Assembly (NCBI GenBank): GCA_003278765.1
Contig: QCDK01000004.1
Span: forward strand, 6,437 to 70,436
Source of the DNA: Prochlorococcus sp. AG-355-G23
GTDB lineage: Bacteria > Cyanobacteriota > Cyanobacteriia > PCC-6307 > Cyanobiaceae
Direction of reading: 5' to 3'
Length of the DNA: 64,000 nt
In this document: piece after piece, positions 57,576 through 64,000 of the stretch
Layout: the number at the start of each line of letters is the position of its first letter
How positions within the stretch are numbered: the stretch's first letter is position 1
Program-made: the position numbers and the translations under genes
The notes under the pieces: generated by a model
Told to the model about the DNA's origin: nothing
Databases searched by the model: none
What the model saw: only the letters and a program-made list of their open reading frames with translations

Positions 57576-58007
57576 TCAAGATACAAATTTACTATAAAGC
57601 CATCTTATAAAAGGTCCTAAAATAGGAACTGGTCCAAAAGTTGGTCCGCAAAAATCAAAGTAATCTCTGTGCTCTTTGATTAATCCATTTTCACCAAATA
57701 ATAAACGAGTAGTTCCGGGATAAATAAATTCTTTACCCATAATTTTTAAACCCATTGTCCATTCAACAAATCCACAATCCCCAGTTATAGAAATTGAATG
57801 AGTTTCTAAAAAAACATCATCACATCTTTTAACTAGCTTTTCTTGAGCTTTAACATAAGAATCTAAGCCCTCTGTTTCCTGAGTTGGGTCTGTAAAAATT
57901 ACATTCTCATTATAAAATTCAGCCCATTTTTGTTTTGTTGGTGCATCAGTACCATAAGGTTTAGTAAATAATCCCTTTAAATCCTCAATAGAAATTACTC
58001 TTGTCAT
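57576..58007 (-). CDS. Nuclear transport factor 2 / SnoaL-like protein
   Basis: FY..NVIFTDP, EWTM, G.I.EHRDYFD. Confidence 0.85.
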   Translation of the reverse strand: MTRVISIEDLKGLFTKPYGTDAPTKQKWAEFYNENVIFTDPTQETEGLDSYVKAQEKLVKRCDDVFLETHSISITGDCGFVEWTMGLKIMGKEFIYPGTTRLLFGENGLIKEHRDYFDFCGPTFGPVPILGPFIRWLYSKFVS

Positions 58008-58052
58008 TACAAAATTTTTATTAGGAATATCTTAAAAGATACAAATATTAAA

Positions 58053-58124
58053 AGCGGATGAAGAGATTCGAACTCTCGACATTCTCCTTGGCAAGGAGAT
58101 GCTCTACCACTGAGCTACATCCGC
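58053..58124 (-). tRNA. tRNA-Gly (GCC)
   Basis: Reverse complement GCGGATGTAGCTCAGTGGTAGAGCATCTCCTTGCCAAGGAGAATGTCGAGAGTTCGAATCTCTTCATCCGCT. Confidence 0.97.
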
Positions 58125-58185
58125 ATAACTTTTTTATTTTATCTCAAAGAAGGGATCAATGATAAAAATAATTAAATTTTTTCAA

Positions 58186-58662
58186 TTAATTTAAATTTTT
58201 AATTAAGGATCCCATCTCAATTGCTTGTAAAGCATAATTCCAACCAAGATTATTTTTAATCCCTGCTCTTTCTAAAGCCTGCTGCATAGTATCAGTAGTT
58301 AGAACTCCAAAAATAATTGGAACATTATTTTCATTTGATACTTGCGAAATACCTTTACTCGCCTCAGATATAACTACATCATAGTGGGAAGTTTCACCAC
58401 GGATGACAGCCCCAAGAGCAATTACAACGTCATAACTCTTTTTTTTCATGAGAGTTTTAGCTGCGATTGGTAATTCGAATGAACCTGGGACCCAAGCAAT
58501 ATCTACTTGATTGCTTAATTCTGAAGTATCTAAACCATGTCTTTTTAAACAATCAAGACAACCAGATAGAATTTTATTTGTAATTAAATCATTAAATCTT
58601 GCTATTACAATCCCAACTTTTAAAGTAGAGGCATTAGTAAAAGAACCCTCAAAAATAGCCAT
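58186..58662 (-). CDS. ribH: 6,7-dimethyl-8-ribityllumazine synthase
   Basis: [40 protein letters not shown]. Confidence 0.97.
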   Translation of the reverse strand: MAIFEGSFTNASTLKVGIVIARFNDLITNKILSGCLDCLKRHGLDTSELSNQVDIAWVPGSFELPIAAKTLMKKKSYDVVIALGAVIRGETSHYDVVISEASKGISQVSNENNVPIIFGVLTTDTMQQALERAGIKNNLGWNYALQAIEMGSLIKNLN

Positions 58663-58711
58663 TTAATTTTACTTAGATATATTAATAGACTCTCACGAAA
58701 AGGTATTAAGT

Positions 58712-58909
58712 TCAAACTAATGAAGAAACTATCCCTGTAACAAAAACCAAAACAACCCAAACAGCAGCAATAGAATAAATTTTTCTCCTACTTTCTCGCT
58801 GTCCTTCTTCAGTAGAGGGTTGAGTCACATATAAAACGGGTACTCCAACTACCGCAATTAAAGAAGCAAATAATAGAGCATTTACGAAAAAAAAGTTAAC
58901 AGCCTGCAT
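58712..58909 (-). CDS. psbZ: Photosystem II protein PsbZ
   Basis: Two TM segments with VVGVPVLY and a W..LV...G pattern; adjacent to ribH. Confidence 0.88.
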   Translation of the reverse strand: MQAVNFFFVNALLFASLIAVVGVPVLYVTQPSTEEGQRESRRKIYSIAAVWVVLVFVTGIVSSLV

Positions 58910-59049
58910 AATTCAGTCTTAAGTTTCAATTATTATAAATACTATAATCTCATGAAAATGATAATTTTTAGAGAAAATTTACATACTTTAGCCACTTTAA
59001 ATGCAAAAAAAAAATTTCTACCTAATATCTATTTAGGAATTAAAAAAGT

Positions 59050-61791
59050 ATGCAAGAAGATACCATAATTCAAAAGAATTTATTTGCGATTGGTAATGAT
59101 AATAATGAACAAAAAGAAATAACAAAAATTCCAGAAGATTTATCTTTGGAAGATTTAAAAAAAGAATCGCAAAAAAGACCCAGAAAAAGAAAAAATTCAA
59201 CTAATTTAATAAATAAATTAAAGACTGATTTAATTTCAAATAACAAAAATGTTTGCATCAATGAAGAATCTTATAGCTATAAAACAGTTTCAAAACTGAA
59301 ATTAACTCCTGTAATGAAGCATTATGTAACTCTAAAAGAAGAAAATAAAGATAGGTTATTACTTTATAGATTGGGAGATTTTTTTGAATGTTTTTTTGAG
59401 GACGCTGTATTAATATCTAACCTTTTAGAAATAACGCTTACCAGTAAAGATGCTGGCAAAGAGATTGGTAAGATCCCTATGGCGGGGGTTCCCCATCATG
59501 CAATGGAGAGATACTGTGCTGATTTAATTAAAAAAAATTATTCTGTGGTTATATGCGATCAATTAGAAAAAAGTTCTGGAAATTATGGGACTCCAATTAA
59601 AAGAGGAATAACAAGAATAATTACTCCTGGAACTGTAATTGAAGAGGGGATGTTGATAGCAAAGAAAAATAATTGGATTGCTGCTGTTTACTTATCAGAA
59701 GCAAACTCAGATGAATCTTATGAATGGGGTATATCAAAAGCTGATGTAAGCACAGGAGAATTAATAACTTTAGAAGGTCAATCTCTGTCAAAACTATTTG
59801 AGGAAATTATTAAATTAGATTCTTCAGAAATCATTGTTGGGAGCAATGCAGTAAAAAATTTATTAATTAAAGGAAATAGTCAAAATACATATACTGTTTC
59901 TCAAGAGACTAATTTTGGAATTAATGAAGCAAATTATCTAATAAAAGATTATTTCCAAATTGCAACCCTAGAGGGAATAGGACTTAAAAATTTAAAAAAT
60001 GCAACTAGATCTCTTGGTGGTTTATTAAATTATTTAGAAAAAATTAATCCTTCAAATTTAGATAAAGATTCTTCTTTAAAAATCTCATTAGACTTTCCAC
60101 AAATCCAATATGGTCACAACAAATTAATTATTGATTATCAAACTCAAAAAAACTTAGAAATCAAAAATACACAACGAGAAAACAATTATGTAGGTTCGCT
60201 CCTATGGAGTATTGATAGAACTTATACTTGCATGGGTGCAAGGTGTTTAAGAAGATGGATAGATTCGCCACTATTAAACGTTAATGAAATTTATGAAAGA
60301 CAAAATATAATTACAAACTTTCTTGAATCTAAAAAATTACGTACAGATACCCAAAATTTACTTAGAGCAATGGGGGATTTAGAAAGACTTGCAGGTAGAG
60401 CTTGTGCAGGTCATGCAAGTCCCAGGGACTTAATTGCAATAGCTGAAGGTTTAAAAAAATTGCCTAGACTAAAATCCATAGTTGAATTATTTAAATATGA
60501 TCTCCCAGATTGGACTGATCAATTAAAAAATATTGATGAAGGACTCTTAGAATTAGCTGATACTATAAGTTTTAAACTAGTAGAAAATCCTCCTCTAAAT
60601 ATTAGTGAAGGAGGCATGATCCACGATGGTGTTGACAATATATTAGATGGTTTACGCAATTTAATGGATGATTACTCTGAGTGGCTAAATAAAGAGGAAT
60701 TAAAAGAAAGGAAAATTAGCAAAATTTCAAACCTAAAAATTCAATTTCATAAAAATTTTGGTTATTACATTTCTATAAATAAGTCAAAAGTTAATTTAGC
60801 TCCACAACATTGGATCAAAAGGCAAACACTTACTAATGAAGAAAGGTATATCACTTCAGAAATTAAAAATAAAGAAAATAAAATTTTCCAAATAAAAAGT
60901 AGAGCTTCATCAAAAGAATATGAAATTTTCTGTGAATTAAGAAATATAGTTTCTAAAAAAACAAAACAAATAAGATCAATCGCAAAATCCATAGCATCTC
61001 TTGATGCACTACTTGGTTTATCAATTACTGCAGTAGAAAACAATTTTATAAAACCTTCATTAATACCAATAAATGATTCAATGACAAAAAATAGTACAAA
61101 AATTATCGCAGGAAGAAATCCAATTGTAGAGCAATTGTTAAGTGATAAAAAGTTTGTAGCAAACGATATCTCTTTTGAGGATAATCAAAAATTAATTATA
61201 TTAACGGGTCCCAATGCAAGCGGAAAAAGTTGCTTTATAAGACAACTTGGTTTAATACAAATTCTCACACAAATTGGTAGCTTTGTTCCTGCTAATAATG
61301 CTGAAATCAAGATTGCAGATAGGATTTTCACAAGAATTGGGGCAGTTGATGATCAATCATCTGGGCAATCAACATTTATGGTAGAAATGTCTGAAACTGC
61401 ATCAATTCTAAATCAGGCAACTCCTAGCTCACTAGTGTTACTTGATGAGATAGGCAGAGGGACATCTACTTTTGATGGTCTTTCAATAGCTTGGTCAGTA
61501 AGTGAATATCTTGCAAAAAAAATTCAATGTAATACTATTTTTGCTACTCACTATCATGAGCTGAATTATTTAAAAAATTCAAATAAGAATATACAAAATT
61601 TTCAAGTTTTAGTAGAACAAAATAACGATCAGCTAATCTTTAGCCACAGGATTGTCAAAGGGGGCTCAAACAAAAGCTATGGCATAGAAGCAGCTAAATT
61701 AGCAGGAGTTCCAAAAGAAGTTATAGAAAAAGCAAAATCAGTTTTAAATTCTTTAGAAGAAAATAACAAATTAAATTATGACATTAAGTAG
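59050..61791 (+). CDS. mutS: DNA mismatch repair protein MutS
   Basis: [49 protein letters not shown]. Confidence 0.97.
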   Translation: MQEDTIIQKNLFAIGNDNNEQKEITKIPEDLSLEDLKKESQKRPRKRKNSTNLINKLKTDLISNNKNVCINEESYSYKTVSKLKLTPVMKHYVTLKEENKDRLLLYRLGDFFECFFEDAVLISNLLEITLTSKDAGKEIGKIPMAGVPHHAMERYCADLIKKNYSVVICDQLEKSSGNYGTPIKRGITRIITPGTVIEEGMLIAKKNNWIAAVYLSEANSDESYEWGISKADVSTGELITLEGQSLSKLFEEIIKLDSSEIIVGSNAVKNLLIKGNSQNTYTVSQETNFGINEANYLIKDYFQIATLEGIGLKNLKNATRSLGGLLNYLEKINPSNLDKDSSLKISLDFPQIQYGHNKLIIDYQTQKNLEIKNTQRENNYVGSLLWSIDRTYTCMGARCLRRWIDSPLLNVNEIYERQNIITNFLESKKLRTDTQNLLRAMGDLERLAGRACAGHASPRDLIAIAEGLKKLPRLKSIVELFKYDLPDWTDQLKNIDEGLLELADTISFKLVENPPLNISEGGMIHDGVDNILDGLRNLMDDYSEWLNKEELKERKISKISNLKIQFHKNFGYYISINKSKVNLAPQHWIKRQTLTNEERYITSEIKNKENKIFQIKSRASSKEYEIFCELRNIVSKKTKQIRSIAKSIASLDALLGLSITAVENNFIKPSLIPINDSMTKNSTKIIAGRNPIVEQLLSDKKFVANDISFEDNQKLIILTGPNASGKSCFIRQLGLIQILTQIGSFVPANNAEIKIADRIFTRIGAVDDQSSGQSTFMVEMSETASILNQATPSSLVLLDEIGRGTSTFDGLSIAWSVSEYLAKKIQCNTIFATHYHELNYLKNSNKNIQNFQVLVEQNNDQLIFSHRIVKGGSNKSYGIEAAKLAGVPKEVIEKAKSVLNSLEENNKLNYDIK

Positions 61792-61822
61792 ATTTTTGAC
61801 ATTTTTATAAAATAAATATTTT

Positions 61823-62446
61823 TTAAATTGTTTCCCTCAATAAGGCGTTAACCGCAGCAGCTGCCATGGAAGCACCTCCTCTAGTTGAATTCAAAACAAT
61901 TTTAGGAAGATCGGTCGAAATCAGTTTGTTTTTGCTATTCTCAACTCCAATAAATCCAACAGGCATTCCGATAATTAAACTAGGTAAATCTTTTGCATTT
62001 TCTAAAATATCAATTAAATAAGTTAACGCTGTAGGCGAACTGCCAATAACTACAATAGGAGATTTGCTTCCAGAATTTATAGCTGATAACTCCCTCCAAC
62101 CTTCACTTAAGCCATATGCAGTTTTAGTTAAGTTTGAATGATTATTTTTTCCAAACCACATTCTAGCGGTGAATACTTTATTCCTCGTGGTATTCTCTGC
62201 CATGGATTTTATTGCTGCTGCTGCCATATCGGTATCAGTTAAAATAGGAGCACCATTTTTAAGTGCCTGAAGACCCTTTTCACAAGCACCTTCACTAAAA
62301 TTTACAAGATTTTGAACTGTAAAATCCCCTGAAGTATGGACTAATCTCTCTAAAACTTTTTTTTCCAAATAATTTAGATCATTTGCTACTAAACGAGATC
62401 TTATGAATCTGATGCTTTCCAAAAAAATTGGATGATCTATTACCAT
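61823..62446 (-). CDS. cobH: Precorrin-8X methylmutase
   Basis: I..ESIRFI, RLVHTSGD, VIGSSPTAL, IGMPVGF, RGGASMAAAAVNAL. Confidence 0.92.
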   Translation of the reverse strand: MVIDHPIFLESIRFIRSRLVANDLNYLEKKVLERLVHTSGDFTVQNLVNFSEGACEKGLQALKNGAPILTDTDMAAAAIKSMAENTTRNKVFTARMWFGKNNHSNLTKTAYGLSEGWRELSAINSGSKSPIVVIGSSPTALTYLIDILENAKDLPSLIIGMPVGFIGVENSKNKLISTDLPKIVLNSTRGGASMAAAAVNALLRETI

Positions 62447-62504
62447 TGAATTTAATTTGTGTTAGAAGTAATCATAGTTAATATACGGTTTTTATTGAGC
62501 TATT

Positions 62505-63506
62505 ATGCCAATACAAATATTATGGGGTAATGATCTAAATGCTCAAAATACATTTATTCAAAAATTAATTGATAAGGAAGTATCCAAAGAATGGAAAGAA
62601 ATAAACGTAACTAATTTAAATGGAGATGATGATGAGCAAGTCAATAAAGCTTTTGATGAAGTTCTTACACCTCCTTTTGGAGATGGATACAGAATAGTTA
62701 CATTGAAAAATAATCCCATATTTACTGCCAAAAATGAAGATCTAAGAACTAAATTTGAAAAAATTCATGACAATATACCTGAAAATACTTATTTCATTTT
62801 GCAAAATACAAAAAAACCAGACTCAAGACTAAAGAGTACTAAATTTTTACAAAAACTTATCAAAAATAATTTAGCCAAAGAAAAATCATTTTCTCTACCA
62901 GAAATCTGGGACTATGAGGGACAAAAAAGATTTTTAGAAGATGCTGCAAATGAAATGAATATCAAAATTGATAAAAATGCAGCTGAATTAATTATTGATT
63001 CAGTGGGTAATGACAGCTTTAAACTAATAAATGAATTAGCCAAAGCAAAAACATACCTATCTGCAGTATCAAGTGATTCGAATTCACAACTTTTTCTTAA
63101 AAGTATTGATGTAAAAAAAATATTTAGTGATCATCAATCCAATATTTTCAAAATCATTGATCTTCTCTTACAAAAAAATATTAATGAAAGCCTCATTGAA
63201 ATAAATTATTCTTTACAGAAAGGAGAACCTGCTTTAAGACTAAATGCAGGCTTAATTAGTCAAATAAGAATTCATACCATTATAAAACTAGCAGTTAATT
63301 CAGGTAACGATGATGCAGAAAAGATTTGTAATCTTGCAGGCATTTCTAATCCAAAAAGAATTTTTTTTATTCGAAAAAAAGTCAAAAATGTATCTCAAGA
63401 ATATTTAATTAATTTAATGAGTAACTTACTAGATATTGAATCATTACTAAAACAAGGTAATAATCCTATAAATGTTTTTACAGAGAAATTAATTAATTTA
63501 ATTTAA
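62505..63506 (+). CDS. holA: DNA polymerase III delta subunit
   Basis: MPIQILWGND, TPPFG.G.RIV, KPDSRLK; cyanobacterial HolA length and pattern. Confidence 0.88.
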   Translation: MPIQILWGNDLNAQNTFIQKLIDKEVSKEWKEINVTNLNGDDDEQVNKAFDEVLTPPFGDGYRIVTLKNNPIFTAKNEDLRTKFEKIHDNIPENTYFILQNTKKPDSRLKSTKFLQKLIKNNLAKEKSFSLPEIWDYEGQKRFLEDAANEMNIKIDKNAAELIIDSVGNDSFKLINELAKAKTYLSAVSSDSNSQLFLKSIDVKKIFSDHQSNIFKIIDLLLQKNINESLIEINYSLQKGEPALRLNAGLISQIRIHTIIKLAVNSGNDDAEKICNLAGISNPKRIFFIRKKVKNVSQEYLINLMSNLLDIESLLKQGNNPINVFTEKLINLI

Positions 63507-63545
63507 CCAAATTATAAGTTTAAGAATTTACATTATGATTTAAGT

Positions 63546-64000
63546 ATGGCTTTACTAGTAAAAAAATTTGGCGGTACTTCTGTCGGTGATATTAAAAAAA
63601 TTAAAAATATTGCAAGTAGCATTTGTCAAAGTAAAGAAGCAGGGAATGAAATTGTAGTAGTTGTCTCTGCGATGGGGCAAACTACAGATGATTTAAATTG
63701 TTTAGCGGAATCAATTAGTAAAAATCCTAATCGAAGAGAATTGGATATGCTTCTCTCAACTGGAGAGCAAGTAACCATAGCTCTTCTTTCAATGGCATTA
63801 AACGAATACGGAATACCTGCAATTTCAATGACTGGTAGCCAGGTTGGAATTATTACTGAATCAATTCATGGGAAAGCGAGAATTCTGGATATTAAAACAG
63901 AAAGGATCCAAAATTATTTAAATCAGGGTTTTGTAGTTGTCGTGGCTGGATTTCAAGGAACAACATTAAGCCATACGGGGTCAATGGAAATTACAACTTT
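63546..64000 (+). CDS. lysC: Aspartate kinase, 5' part (runs off window end)
   Basis: Manual translation MALLVKKFGGTSVG...VVVVSAMGQTTD...RELDMLLSTGEQ...VVAGFQG. Confidence 0.95.
   Translation, partial: MALLVKKFGGTSVGDIKKIKNIASSICQSKEAGNEIVVVVSAMGQTTDDLNCLAESISKNPNRRELDMLLSTGEQVTIALLSMALNEYGIPAISMTGSQVGIITESIHGKARILDIKTERIQNYLNQGFVVVVAGFQGTTLSHTGSMEITT

Overview
AT-rich, gene-dense core-genome segment of a marine picocyanobacterium. Gene content, order and protein sequences fit high-light-adapted Prochlorococcus marinus. It runs from mrp (partial) through hemF, rnd, tRNA-Cys, purM, panC/cmk, pebB-pebA-ho1, icd, glgP, tRNA-Arg, rnpB, rnc, glmS, psaC, acpP-fabF-tktA, thiC (with TPP riboswitch), ruvB, smpB, lysS, mreBCD, ssb, ahcY, a group-2 sigma factor, mgtE, two crcB genes, gyrB, miaA, infC, a GntR/PlmA regulator, cysE, secA, tRNA-Gly, ribH, psbZ, mutS, cobH and holA to lysC (partial). 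I found no mobile element, prophage, CRISPR array, defence island or new multi-gene system. Most notable: (1) the thiC TPP riboswitch keeps its pyrimidine-sensing half, but its pyrophosphate-sensing helix is a perfect 9-bp stem lacking the conserved CG bulge, so it may be a specificity variant; (2) seven homopolymer frameshifts, all within about 7.7-13.4 kb, break panC/cmk, ptpA, pebB and icd and are most likely assembly errors; (3) a few uncharacterised Cys-motif small proteins and intergenic palindromes.
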